A DNA stretch of 64,000 nt, from the sequence record MH252123.1. One strand, 5' to 3'. The notes beneath the pieces are model-generated. The model ran no database searches, was not told the DNA's origin, and worked only from the letters and a program-made list of their open reading frames with translations. This stretch comes from Klebsiella phage ZCKP1. Position 1 is the first letter of the stretch. Each line of letters starts with the position of its first letter. The position numbers were made by a program, and so were the translations under genes. Positions 9,671 through 18,936 of the stretch are shown here, one piece after another.

Positions 9671-9940
9671 TTATTTAAGTGTAATACCAGTTACAGTCAA
9701 TTCTACTTCCAAAAGCTTAGATGTGTTTTGGATTGATACTAATTGTGCATGATGGTTTAGTTCTACAGCAGAATAATCATTTTCCCCATCGTCTACTTTT
9801 AAATAAACAATGATTTCACTAAGGTCTAAACCATTTTCGTCAAATGCATTTTCATAGACGAAAGTATCTCCTACATCCAAATCTTTAATGGTAAGGCATC
9901 GTTTATTTACTTTTTGCTCATCAATTTCGAAGTTTAACAC
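9671..9940 (-). CDS. hypothetical small protein, 89 aa (paralog of 10962..11240)
   Basis: shared DLDVGxTFxYxxAxxExGLD motif. Confidence 0.5.
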   Translation of the reverse strand: MLNFEIDEQKVNKRCLTIKDLDVGDTFVYENAFDENGLDLSEIIVYLKVDDGENDYSAVELNHHAQLVSIQNTSKLLEVELTVTGITLK

Positions 9941-10169
9941 TTCTTCCTCCTAATGTTATCTCCGGTTTGTATATACGAAGAATTATAGCATTTTCATTTT
10001 CTTTGTCAACCCATTCTTCATAATCAGGCCATACATGAATCTCTACTCTACTTACAATATCTTCCATTCGCACAGTCCCAATGAAATACTCTTTGAGACT
10101 GCGCATAATGAAAGCTTCTCTCTCACGCCAATAATTTTCTATGACTTGAGAGGCAAGCTCGTCGATCAT
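9921..10169 (-). CDS. hypothetical protein, 82 aa
   Basis: ORF track. Confidence 0.4.
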   Translation of the reverse strand: MIDELASQVIENYWREREAFIMRSLKEYFIGTVRMEDIVSRVEIHVWPDYEEWVDKENENAIILRIYKPEITLGGRSVKLRN

Positions 10170-10960
10170 TTTTTAGCACCTACTTTAACAACCCACTCTC
10201 CGAACTCTTCAGATAAGAGTTTGTCATAAAGTTCTGAATCTGTCAAGTCTAAATCTTTAATGCCAATAAAACCAACATTATCATAAGCATTTGCCAGTTC
10301 TTTCAGGAAGCCAAACTTCTCATTACCAACGCCAACCATGAACCAATAAATAGGTTTATTCTTATTCTCTTCGATAAGATGACGAACAGCACTAGGATCA
10401 CCATTCTCACCATCAGTCTGGAAGAATACAACACCAGGGGTAACGTCAGCACCTGGTTCAGATACAGCTACAACTTTTTCACGCTCTACAGACACTGTTT
10501 CAGTTTTACCAAGCAGACGATTAAAGAAGCCTTTCTTTGGAGCCTCCTCTTGCACCACTTGTTTAGTGGTAATATATTTAGTAACAGTACCAAAATACTC
10601 ATCGTAGATATCCGCCATTACAGGGGCGTAATTTGTTCCACCTCCGATACGAACATTACGCATACATTTACCAACATAGTCATCGTAAACATCTGCTGTT
10701 GCTGGAGTAAGCTCTTGGGAACTCGTATTGAAGGCCCACATATCAATTTGTTGATTATCGTCGAACAGCATACCAAAAGGAAGCAGTTTACCTACAAAAT
10801 CACTCACTACCCCACTAGAATATAGACCATGCATACTACCAGAAATATCTAGAGCACATGCTACACGAAGAACAATCTTACCTTCATTCAGGTTCTTATT
10901 CTTTTTCAGAGAGAAAGCAAGGTTTTCTTGACGTTTTTTCAGGCTGATTTTCTCGGACAT
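10166..10960 (-). CDS. von Willebrand factor A (vWA) domain protein, TerY-like
   Basis: 264 aa; MIDAS motif DISGSM; N-terminus begins KISLKK as in TerD proteins. Confidence 0.7.
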   Translation of the reverse strand: MSEKISLKKRQENLAFSLKKNKNLNEGKIVLRVACALDISGSMHGLYSSGVVSDFVGKLLPFGMLFDDNQQIDMWAFNTSSQELTPATADVYDDYVGKCMRNVRIGGGTNYAPVMADIYDEYFGTVTKYITTKQVVQEEAPKKGFFNRLLGKTETVSVEREKVVAVSEPGADVTPGVVFFQTDGENGDPSAVRHLIEENKNKPIYWFMVGVGNEKFGFLKELANAYDNVGFIGIKDLDLTDSELYDKLLSEEFGEWVVKVGAKK

Positions 10961-10961
10961 A

Positions 10962-11240
10962 TTATTTCTCCTTCTTAAGTGTAATATTGGTAACTTCTAA
11001 ATCTACTTCCACCATATTTGTATCTGGTGGGATGCAATGAGTATAGCCTCGTTGTGCTAGTGATCCATTAATACAGATCGCACTGTTTGTGGAATTTTTA
11101 ATGAACACCAAGTTACGGTAGGTATCCAACCCTGCGTCTTCATAGGCATCATAATACATGAATGTGGCCCCTACGTCAAGATCTTCGAAAGCAATAGGTA
11201 AATCCTGACTTTTTTCTTCTTGAATATTGAATCTAAACAC
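10962..11240 (-). CDS. hypothetical small protein (paralog of 9671..9940)
   Basis: probable GTG start at 11240 (GGAGG 5 nt upstream); the track's longer ORF to 11306 overlaps the upstream gene by 74 nt. Confidence 0.45.
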   Translation of the reverse strand: MFRFNIQEEKSQDLPIAFEDLDVGATFMYYDAYEDAGLDTYRNLVFIKNSTNSAICINGSLAQRGYTHCIPPDTNMVEVDLEVTNITLKKEK

Positions 11241-11796
11241 GCATACCTCCTCTACCAATTTTGAAGCCCAAATCGTAAGCTTCCTTAGTGATCTTTTGTA
11301 ACTCACTTATAGGAAGTGTTACAAGAGGATCATCTTCTTCAATTTCCATCTTGTCATCTTCTGTTTCAATGAGAGTATTATGCACTTTGTGATAAGGGTT
11401 GTCAACACGTTTAAACTTATTCTTTTCTGTGCTGAAAAAACAATCTGGATCTTCTTCACCATCCCCCCAACCTTGGTTAGGATCTCCGTCAGATTGTTCT
11501 GTAGGGATTTCACCTGTAAAGTACTCTTCCAGCACCATAGCAATACCGTCTCTTGGATTTGAGGAATGCATTAAATCACAAACCTTACCCCAATCCGTAG
11601 CCCATTCGAACCGTTCACGAACGCCATTTTCACCCTCTTTTCCAGAGAAAACACAACCATAACTATCATAGTTGCCATACATCTCTTCAATAACAACACC
11701 GTCCTTCAAAAGAAAGAGGTAGCAAGGTGATCCGTCGAAAGAAGTAGAAAGGGCAGCTTTGCCCGATTCTTTGCACAAAAAGCTAAAACAACCCAT
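11233..11796 (-). CDS. hypothetical protein, 187 aa
   Basis: ORF track. Confidence 0.5.
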   Translation of the reverse strand: MGCFSFLCKESGKAALSTSFDGSPCYLFLLKDGVVIEEMYGNYDSYGCVFSGKEGENGVRERFEWATDWGKVCDLMHSSNPRDGIAMVLEEYFTGEIPTEQSDGDPNQGWGDGEEDPDCFFSTEKNKFKRVDNPYHKVHNTLIETEDDKMEIEEDDPLVTLPISELQKITKEAYDLGFKIGRGGMRV

Positions 11797-11999
11797 TACA
11801 AACCCTCCTTCAGATTATCAAGAGCTACAGTGGTTTCACAAGAGTCTCCATAAGTTTTATGATGTTCCAGAAAAGCTTCGGGTCCACCCCAGTCATTATC
11901 TTGTGTATTCCAGCCATCAATAAAAGCATCTTCAATGATTGTGATCAGTTCTTGTCGGGTTAACTGGATAATATTAGGATCGTTATCGTAGTTAAACAT
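11796..11999 (-). CDS. hypothetical protein, 67 aa
   Basis: ORF track; RBS GAGGAGGAAG. Confidence 0.45.
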   Translation of the reverse strand: MFNYDNDPNIIQLTRQELITIIEDAFIDGWNTQDNDWGGPEAFLEHHKTYGDSCETTVALDNLKEGL

Positions 12000-12165
12000 C
12001 TTCTTCCTCCTCTAAAATATGGAACCCGTAATTACAATAATCCTGAAAGGTTTCGTGCGCAAGATCTTCTATATCCTCTTGAGACATATCATCTTCAATT
12101 TCGATATCCACAACCTCATTGCATCCACACCAAGCAGTTTCAATATTCACTCGTAATATTTTCAT
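11992..12165 (-). CDS. unlisted small ORF, 57 aa (MKILRVNIETAWCGCNEV...)
   Basis: ATG overlaps the upstream stop (TAATG); RBS GAGGAGGAG; below the track's 60-aa cut-off. Confidence 0.35.
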   Translation of the reverse strand: MKILRVNIETAWCGCNEVVDIEIEDDMSQEDIEDLAHETFQDYCNYGFHILEEEEDV

Positions 12166-12359
12166 TACTCCTCCTCATTGAAGTCAATATCTGCAAGGAG
12201 TTCGAATTTACGGAAGTTACGACAACCTTCATAAATATAACAATCACGACAAACTGCTAGAACACTTGGGGGATATATACCTCCCATCGGTGCGAATCGT
12301 TTTTCGTCATCATAACGGACACCAATGTCTTCATCAATTATATAGATACGGATTCTCAT
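12165..12359 (-). CDS. hypothetical small Cys-containing protein, 64 aa
   Basis: ORF track. Confidence 0.4.
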   Translation of the reverse strand: MRIRIYIIDEDIGVRYDDEKRFAPMGGIYPPSVLAVCRDCYIYEGCRNFRKFELLADIDFNEEE

Positions 12360-13468
12360 TTACCAAGCCCTCGTTTCACAGCAGCTACCATCCCGTCTTC
12401 CAGAGATTGAACTTCATTAATATAATCAACACGAGCAGCACGGGCTTCCGTATTGATGCGGTTAGTTTCTTCCAACATCTTAACCAAGTTTTCCTGATCG
12501 TGACGCAGAGTTTCAATATCCAACACTTGACGGTTAGCCAGTGCTGCTGCTTCGATCTGATTCTGTGTGGCAAGATCGCTACCCAGTTTAATTGCCAGGT
12601 TAAATTCATCAAGAACGTTATTCTGCGTCTCTGCTGCTTTCATTTGACGTAAGCTCTCGATATACATTGAGAAGTTAGCAGAGTAAGCAGGAATAACATT
12701 ATTTACTATGTTACGCGCAGATCGCATTAAGCTTGCAGAAACTTTTTGCATACCTTGTACACGCGGTCCCATTTGGACACACAGTAGGCGCAATGCTTTT
12801 AAATCTGCAATACGAATCTCCAGAAGATCCAAAGTATCTCGGATCACTTGTCGCTGTTCTACTGCATCTTCTGGAAGAGCAGCCAAAGCTTGTTCTTCTT
12901 TTTCATAGGTTGCTGTTAGAAGCTGCATATCTCGGTTCAAACTTGCAGCATATTGTCCAATAGCTTGATGTAGCTTTTCAAGATATACCAAGGAATCTTC
13001 TTCTTTGCGAATATCCATTTGAAGGTTCTTTACCAACTCTTCAATACGGTTATTAACATTATCAAACTCCCCAAACAGGTCTTCTTTCATACCCATAACT
13101 TTTTTAATGAGTTTAGTAATACCCTTGCTTTGTTTAATAGAGTTTGGATCAAGTTGTTTTGCCTGTTTAATCAAAGCTGTGAGTCGTTCACTCATCTGAT
13201 CGCCTTGATTACTACGTTGATGTTTTAATACCTCGGCATTCAAGGAACGCAAGGTTGTTCCTGCCTCTGCCCCAATCTCTTCGATCTCTTGTCGGGTCAT
13301 AGAAGGCAAAACTGGAACTTCTTGCGGTGCTGCTGGTGCATAAACAGGACTGGCATCTAACACACTTGGAGCGAATACAGATTTACTTGCATCTGTTGTT
13401 GCAGCGAATACACTCATTTCAGACTTCTTCTGACCACCAGTAGCTGCTTTTAAAAATGGACTTGTCAT
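12356..13468 (-). CDS. TelA-like (toxic anion resistance / KlaA family) coiled-coil protein, tentative
   Basis: 370 aa, long helical Q/L/E-rich protein of TelA size within a cluster that also has TerD, TerY-like and TerC genes. Confidence 0.5.
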   Translation of the reverse strand: MTSPFLKAATGGQKKSEMSVFAATTDASKSVFAPSVLDASPVYAPAAPQEVPVLPSMTRQEIEEIGAEAGTTLRSLNAEVLKHQRSNQGDQMSERLTALIKQAKQLDPNSIKQSKGITKLIKKVMGMKEDLFGEFDNVNNRIEELVKNLQMDIRKEEDSLVYLEKLHQAIGQYAASLNRDMQLLTATYEKEEQALAALPEDAVEQRQVIRDTLDLLEIRIADLKALRLLCVQMGPRVQGMQKVSASLMRSARNIVNNVIPAYSANFSMYIESLRQMKAAETQNNVLDEFNLAIKLGSDLATQNQIEAAALANRQVLDIETLRHDQENLVKMLEETNRINTEARAARVDYINEVQSLEDGMVAAVKRGLGK

Positions 13469-14055
13469 TCTTCATTCTCCTCTTCTGCATCTCTTATATA
13501 TGGTGAAACACCGTACTCTTTAGCTACTTTAACCCAATCATCCCATTTATACAACCATAATTTTCCTTCAGTTCCTTCTTTATCTGATTTCAACCACATG
13601 TTAGGTTGCTTACCTGGGTACATGCGATTAGGTTTACGATTATAACCTCTAACACATCTTGTCGCAAACCTATCTACCAGAACAAGAACATATTTATATT
13701 CGTGGTTCAACGGCTCTTTGGAAGTGGCTTTAGGATTAGCCCCTAATTCTGCTGCCAGTTTTTGCCAATGAGCACCATGCCTACTAAACTTACCCATACA
13801 ACCATCAATAGCGTGAGCAATTTCGTGCTTCATTGTATCCACGATCATATCTCTTGTGGAGTTCTTATGCAAGTGCCAATTTACAACAACAATCTTATCT
13901 CGGTAGTTGCACCAACCAAAAGAGTTATTCACTTTGTTTCTAACGCAAGCTTTATATCCTGCTTCACGTAACATGTTGTAGTAAACAGGAAAATCTTCTT
14001 TTATTTCCTGCATCACTTCCCACCACAAAAGTTGCAAGTCTCTCTCGGTATGCAT
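13465..14055 (-). CDS. SprT-like zinc metallopeptidase domain protein
   Basis: 196 aa; HExxH motif (MKHEIAHAI) plus downstream Cys/His. Confidence 0.5.
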   Translation of the reverse strand: MHTERDLQLLWWEVMQEIKEDFPVYYNMLREAGYKACVRNKVNNSFGWCNYRDKIVVVNWHLHKNSTRDMIVDTMKHEIAHAIDGCMGKFSRHGAHWQKLAAELGANPKATSKEPLNHEYKYVLVLVDRFATRCVRGYNRKPNRMYPGKQPNMWLKSDKEGTEGKLWLYKWDDWVKVAKEYGVSPYIRDAEEENEE

Positions 14056-14058
14056 AAC

Positions 14059-14652
14059 TTACACCTTAAAAGTGAAATGCGTGGTCGTGGCTTCAAAATC
14101 AGGGCCAGATAAACGTGCACTGAAATCTGAAATATTTGTAATTAAAAAGCTTTTATGCATACCTAACACAGCCACGCTTTCAATATCTTCTACTAACATT
14201 TCAATCATGTTAGAAACATGGCTGAACGTAGGGTTTTGTTTTTTGATGGTGTAGAAAGAAAGATTCTCACCTGCTGTATAAGATACCTCTTCAAAATCTT
14301 TAATCGTATATTGTGTGCCATCAGTAAAGAAAATGGTAGCTTTATTAGTAGCACGTTTCTTGTTTTTTGGTCCTTTTTTACGTTTACTGCGAGTAGGCAA
14401 ACCGTTTGGGAACACCATAGCTACAAATTCTTCAGGAGAAACCTCCTTACCGAAATCATAACCATAAGAAACAGCATCTATAAACTCGTCGTCTTCATTT
14501 TTAAAATAATGAAAATAAGGCCAATTTGAGAGATTATCAAGCATCTTATGCTCATCCACAGCAGAGAACGTATCCCTCAAAGCGCGTGTAATTTGCAAAG
14601 CATTAGGCAAACTTTTAACACCTGTAATGGAAGTACGAATAGAAATTGTCAT
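14059..14652 (-). CDS. hypothetical protein, 197 aa, with a basic patch (RSKRKKGPKNKKR)
   Basis: ORF track. Confidence 0.5.
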   Translation of the reverse strand: MTISIRTSITGVKSLPNALQITRALRDTFSAVDEHKMLDNLSNWPYFHYFKNEDDEFIDAVSYGYDFGKEVSPEEFVAMVFPNGLPTRSKRKKGPKNKKRATNKATIFFTDGTQYTIKDFEEVSYTAGENLSFYTIKKQNPTFSHVSNMIEMLVEDIESVAVLGMHKSFLITNISDFSARLSGPDFEATTTHFTFKV

Positions 14653-14666
14653 TGTTTTTCTCCTTA

Positions 14667-15104
14667 TTAACGTCGCTTGCTACGAGATGAACTCTTTTTA
14701 CTTAAAGGGCTATTGTAAGATTTACGAGTTGTATAGCTACTATTTGTTTTAAAAGTTTGTCTCGGCTTTTCATAAGTTTTTATCTCTTGTTTAGGCTTAC
14801 CATAAAAATTAGTTTTCGGTTTAGGTGTATTATAATGCTTATTAATAATCGTTCTGTTATCGTTATAATCCCCACTGTTACGATTACTACCACCACTCAT
14901 CATATGCCCTAACAACATACCTGTAGCAAACTCACCAACACCGCTACTACTAGAACCGCCACCATTGTTGATAATAGTTGTATCTCCGTCAGATCCTTGT
15001 TGAGCGTATTGTTGAGGAGGTTGTTGGTATTGTGCAGGATTTGTTTCATCCTCGCAAGCTGTTAAAAAGATACAACCAATTAAAATCAGGGCTAGTTTTT
15101 TCAT
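14667..15104 (-). CDS. Gly/Ser-rich lipoprotein
   Basis: start refined to MKKLALILIGCIFLTAC (lipobox LTAC) with RBS GAGGAAAG. Confidence 0.55.
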   Translation of the reverse strand: MKKLALILIGCIFLTACEDETNPAQYQQPPQQYAQQGSDGDTTIINNGGGSSSSGVGEFATGMLLGHMMSGGSNRNSGDYNDNRTIINKHYNTPKPKTNFYGKPKQEIKTYEKPRQTFKTNSSYTTRKSYNSPLSKKSSSRSKRR

Positions 15105-15287
15105 ATTTGCTTTCCTCATTTTGACTATTAATACATCTGTGTTTGAAATCTCCAGAGAAGCAATAAAGTTGCTCTCCATCTCGGTATAAACTTACTTTAC
15201 TGCCGTTGATTACGCTTGTCAATACAAAAATTACAACAAACAACCCTATTGCAAAACAAATATTTTCAAACACAATCAACAAGTATT

Positions 15288-15638
15288 TCATTTTAAAAAT
15301 ACCTCATCATCAGTTTCATTATCCCAGAAGAACAAATCCCAACCATTCGGATCATTCCATTTGGCTGCTGGAGAAGTCCATATTTGTTCGATATCAATAT
15401 TCAAAACTTCACCGTTTCGTTTTGAAACAGCTTTAGTTAATTCCCAATGAGATACAGGCTCTACTTCCCCTGAACCACTCCCACAACAAGCTACCACGTT
15501 AGGAGGCAACTTAATTGGATCTTTGGTCACGATCATAACGCTTACCCCAGGGTAAACTTTTGAAAGATAATCTAAAACGTAATCCACATCACCAGATAAA
15601 TCCCAAACAAGTTCTTGAATTTCATCAAAATTATTCAT
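15288..15638 (-). CDS. hypothetical protein, 116 aa
   Basis: ORF track. Confidence 0.45.
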   Translation of the reverse strand: MNNFDEIQELVWDLSGDVDYVLDYLSKVYPGVSVMIVTKDPIKLPPNVVACCGSGSGEVEPVSHWELTKAVSKRNGEVLNIDIEQIWTSPAAKWNDPNGWDLFFWDNETDDEVFLK

Positions 15639-15680
15639 AAGTCTCTCCTATAAAATAGCCTCCCGAAGGAGGCTCATCTA

Positions 15681-16655
15681 TTAAACAGCAGCTTCTTCTT
15701 TTTCAGGGAAGATAAAGCTTGCAATAACACCAAGAGCTAATGTGCCTAGAACAATCATCAGACTTACGTTAGGGGAAATATCATGCGGGAGGAATGACCA
15801 CTTGGCATGAAGTGTTTCACCGAACGGGTGATACATAAGTTTAGCACCGACAAATACCAGAACCACAGCAACAGCCTTCTCTAAGTGAACCAGATATTTC
15901 ACAGCCACACTTAACACAAAGAAAAGTGCACGTAAACCAAGAACAGCCATCAGCATTGCAGAATAAACTAGCAGAGGTTCTTGTGTCACACCGATCACAG
16001 CCGGAACTGAATCAAAAGAGAAGACAATATCTGTAAGCTCAATAACAAACACACAAAGAAGAGCAGGAGTTGCATATTTAATACCATTCTTAATGGTGAT
16101 GAACTTTTCACCATCCAGTGCATTGTGCACAGGCAGAACTTTACCTACTAAACGAACAGCCCAATGTTTAGAGTAATCAATATCCTCTTCTTCGTCACCA
16201 CCTTTGATGATAGCCACGGCAGACCAAGCTACAATCAAACCGAACAACACTTGGACCGACCAATGAAGGTTAAACAAAGCGGTCCCTGCTGCAACAAAAA
16301 TACCTCGGAAGACAATGGCTCCTGCAATCCCCCAAAGTAAAATCTTATGTTGGAGATGTGTGCTCTTAATTCCAAAGCTTGCAAAAATTGCCATGAACAC
16401 CATCAGGTTATCTACAGAAAGACTTTTTTCCAACACATAGCCACTTAGGAAAAGCGCGGCAAACTCTTTACCATGTTCTACCCAAATGAATGCGTAATAT
16501 CCTAAAGCTAAAGCAATCCAAAAAACAGACCAAAGCAAAGCAGATTTAATTCCAATTTCTTTATTCTCTTTATGACCAAAGAAATCGATACCAATAGACA
16601 ATGCCAAAATACCAACTAAAACAACTACATCAATAATTGGGAAACCGAGTTGCAT
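15681..16655 (-). CDS. terC: TerC-family integral membrane protein
   Basis: 324 aa, multiple TM helices; signature motifs LEKSLSVDNLMVF and ELTDIVFSFDSVPAVIGV. Confidence 0.8.
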   Translation of the reverse strand: MQLGFPIIDVVVLVGILALSIGIDFFGHKENKEIGIKSALLWSVFWIALALGYYAFIWVEHGKEFAALFLSGYVLEKSLSVDNLMVFMAIFASFGIKSTHLQHKILLWGIAGAIVFRGIFVAAGTALFNLHWSVQVLFGLIVAWSAVAIIKGGDEEEDIDYSKHWAVRLVGKVLPVHNALDGEKFITIKNGIKYATPALLCVFVIELTDIVFSFDSVPAVIGVTQEPLLVYSAMLMAVLGLRALFFVLSVAVKYLVHLEKAVAVVLVFVGAKLMYHPFGETLHAKWSFLPHDISPNVSLMIVLGTLALGVIASFIFPEKEEAAV

Positions 16656-16671
16656 TCTTTTCTCCTCTCTT

Positions 16672-16734
16672 TGCGGGGGAACTATTCCCCCCGCTTCATG
16701 TGATATATCTTACTCTTTTTAAGAACTATGTCAA
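16672..16734 (-). promoter_or_regulatory. minus-strand promoter and 5' hairpin unit upstream of terC: TTGACA-N16-TAAGAT-atatcac-atgaa-GCGGGGGGAAtagTTCCCCCGC
   Basis: reverse complement of 16672..16734 reproduces the array-unit architecture; terC ATG lies 16 nt downstream. Confidence 0.6.
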
Positions 16735-16737
16735 CAC

Positions 16738-16959
16738 TTATTTTGTTGAATGAGAGGAAAAGATTCCTCGTAATACCGCCAAAATAAACGAAACACAAAC
16801 CACGGTCCAGAAGGTTACTGGGACAGTGATATCTGCATGACCCATAACTTCAGCAACATAGTTGTAAGCCAGCAACAGTAACCAAGCTGGAATCAAACTA
16901 AGCATAAAAGCAATAACAAAAAAGCTTACCACTGCAACAATACCTGCAAAAACACCCAT
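16738..16959 (-). CDS. small membrane protein, 73 aa
   Basis: two predicted TM helices. Confidence 0.45.
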   Translation of the reverse strand: MGVFAGIVAVVSFFVIAFMLSLIPAWLLLLAYNYVAEVMGHADITVPVTFWTVVCVSFILAVLRGIFSSHSTK

Positions 16960-16971
16960 ACTAATCTCCTC

Positions 16972-17445
16972 TTAAAGTTTATAAATAGTCACATCGTGAC
17001 CTGTTTTTACTAAAGTTTCTTCAATCATCACTTGGATGATAGCCCAATTACCTCCAGCATGTCCCGCTCCAATCATAGGTAAACCGATCTTACATTTTTG
17101 GTCACGGAGAAGCAAATCATTAGCCATAGCTATTAGTGCATCGTACAAGGCATCATAGTCCAACTGACGACCTTTAGCATTATATCCGTAACGGTATTGC
17201 CCGTAGAGATTATATACCAAAGGGTCTGATTGTTCGTCTGGCACCCCTAAACTAAAAGAACCTAACTTACTTTGATCACCAGCCATTGTGTCTAAATCTG
17301 CCGCATATGCATAAGGGAATGCTCGTTTAATTTGCGGAGCAATTCCTGCCCCCATATTACACATACAATTGCAACAATGAGCAATAACAGTTACTTCACC
17401 TGCTTTAGCGGCATCAATAAGATTACCTGTTTTCATTTTAAGCAT
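16972..17445 (-). CDS. macro-domain protein (ADP-ribose binding / ADP-ribosyl hydrolase-like)
   Basis: start refined to the ATG at 17445 (RBS AAGGAG); VIAHCCNCMCNMGAGIAPQI and GLPMIGAGHAGGNW match the macro-domain Gly-rich loops. Confidence 0.6.
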   Translation of the reverse strand: MLKMKTGNLIDAAKAGEVTVIAHCCNCMCNMGAGIAPQIKRAFPYAYAADLDTMAGDQSKLGSFSLGVPDEQSDPLVYNLYGQYRYGYNAKGRQLDYDALYDALIAMANDLLLRDQKCKIGLPMIGAGHAGGNWAIIQVMIEETLVKTGHDVTIYKL

Positions 17446-17458
17446 TTTTAGCTCCTTA

Positions 17459-18286
17459 TTACAGAATGTGTTGTTTTGTGTAACGATCCAAGAATTCAAA
17501 GTTTTCAGCATACTTTGAAATTCGGTTGTAACCTTCTCCCAAACATCCGAAGAAAAGTTGCTCTACATAGTAGTGTGGCAATTGGCTAAGAATGATTTTG
17601 AAGTCTTCGTGATTTTGGCCCATAAGATACTTAATAGGACGAACAAGACACTGTGCATCACGTTCTTCATTAATCATTTTAACAAACGCTTCTGGTGTAT
17701 TAATATAATTAAAATTCAGTTTAGCTTCGGTATCTGCTTGATTACCTTCATATTTTGCAAAATACAAGAAGTAAACATCATTTTTAACTTGATTTTCATC
17801 AAGGATCTCAATCAGTTTGTCTTCATGAGTTCCAGTGATATTTACATCATCAATAAACACAAGCTTCTTATCACCCCAGAATTCTTTGTTGCAGTAGAAT
17901 GTATCCCCATCAATAAGTTTCTTACGACTAGCTTTATCCAAGAAACCATAATCGTTGATATAGCTAACTTTACGATGAATAATATCTAGTTCTGCTGAAC
18001 GACCTTGATCATATTGTGATTGCAACATATTAAAGTAATTAATAAAATGATCTGTCATCATTGTTGCAGCATTATGCACATGGTTGTAAGGAGAAGGAAT
18101 GATAACAAATTGTTCCCCAATATGTTTCATTGCCACTTGAGCAAAAAACTGAAGTGCCAATTCTTTACCCATACGACGCGCAGCCTGGTTACTACCAAAT
18201 TTCAATTTTGAATAATCTTTAATATCAAAAGTAGCAGTTTCCAGGTCATCAAATTTATTTGCAAAAATTTGAGTTTGATTACGCAT
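17459..18286 (-). CDS. phosphoribosyltransferase (type I PRTase) domain protein
   Basis: 275 aa; PRPP-binding loop VFIDDVNITGTHEDK. Confidence 0.55.
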   Translation of the reverse strand: MRNQTQIFANKFDDLETATFDIKDYSKLKFGSNQAARRMGKELALQFFAQVAMKHIGEQFVIIPSPYNHVHNAATMMTDHFINYFNMLQSQYDQGRSAELDIIHRKVSYINDYGFLDKASRKKLIDGDTFYCNKEFWGDKKLVFIDDVNITGTHEDKLIEILDENQVKNDVYFLYFAKYEGNQADTEAKLNFNYINTPEAFVKMINEERDAQCLVRPIKYLMGQNHEDFKIILSQLPHYYVEQLFFGCLGEGYNRISKYAENFEFLDRYTKQHIL

Positions 18287-18935
18287 TTACAATTTCTCCT
18301 CTTTTAAGTTTCTCTAGTAAGTCGTTAGGGTTCTTAATATGACAGAAGTTAATACCTATGTCAACACATTTACCATCAAATTCTTCGCTGTCCCCAACAT
18401 GTAAAATCTCTTCAGCCTTCAAAGGAATGCTTGAATATGTGGCGGTCCTAACAAAGAATCTAGGATCTGGTTTACACAACAGATGTTCGTCTGAAAAATG
18501 CATAAATTCAAAACAATTCCAACTGTCGAACATGCAAGCACGACGCAAAATATCCCCAGATATAAAATTAGTATTGCTTTTAATACTAAGATCATATTTA
18601 CCAGACAAGTATAGCAAACAAACTGGCAAATCTAAAGCAATATGTGGAGGAAATTTAAGAAACCATTGCTCACACTCAAAACGCATTTGTGCAGATTCTA
18701 CAGGGGTTAAACCTATCTTTCTTCCCAACATATTCCATGCATATGCTACACCTTCTGCACACCCATTTAGTGCAGCATTATCCATAATTTCTTTGGCATC
18801 TTTATATGCTTCTTTTGCCGCACGTTCAGACATTCTACCATATGTAGCAATAGTGTGCGTACGTGCATCTGCATAGTTTTGATTGGCAGAAATAAGAGTA
18901 TTCCATACATCAAAAGAAATATGTTTTATTGTCAT
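18279..18935 (-). CDS. HAD-superfamily phosphatase
   Basis: motif I FDVWNTL near the N-terminus (start refined to MTIKH); motif IV VGDSEEFD. Confidence 0.55.
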   Translation of the reverse strand: MTIKHISFDVWNTLISANQNYADARTHTIATYGRMSERAAKEAYKDAKEIMDNAALNGCAEGVAYAWNMLGRKIGLTPVESAQMRFECEQWFLKFPPHIALDLPVCLLYLSGKYDLSIKSNTNFISGDILRRACMFDSWNCFEFMHFSDEHLLCKPDPRFFVRTATYSSIPLKAEEILHVGDSEEFDGKCVDIGINFCHIKNPNDLLEKLKRGEIVNA

Positions 18936-18936
18936 A

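Noticed and set aside
17459-18286. Thymidylate synthase (ThyX) or ribose-phosphate pyrophosphokinase assignment for the 275-aa protein
   Set aside because: No ThyX RHRxxS motif and no Prs N-terminal signature. Only the generic PRPP-binding loop of type I PRTases is present, so the call is kept generic.
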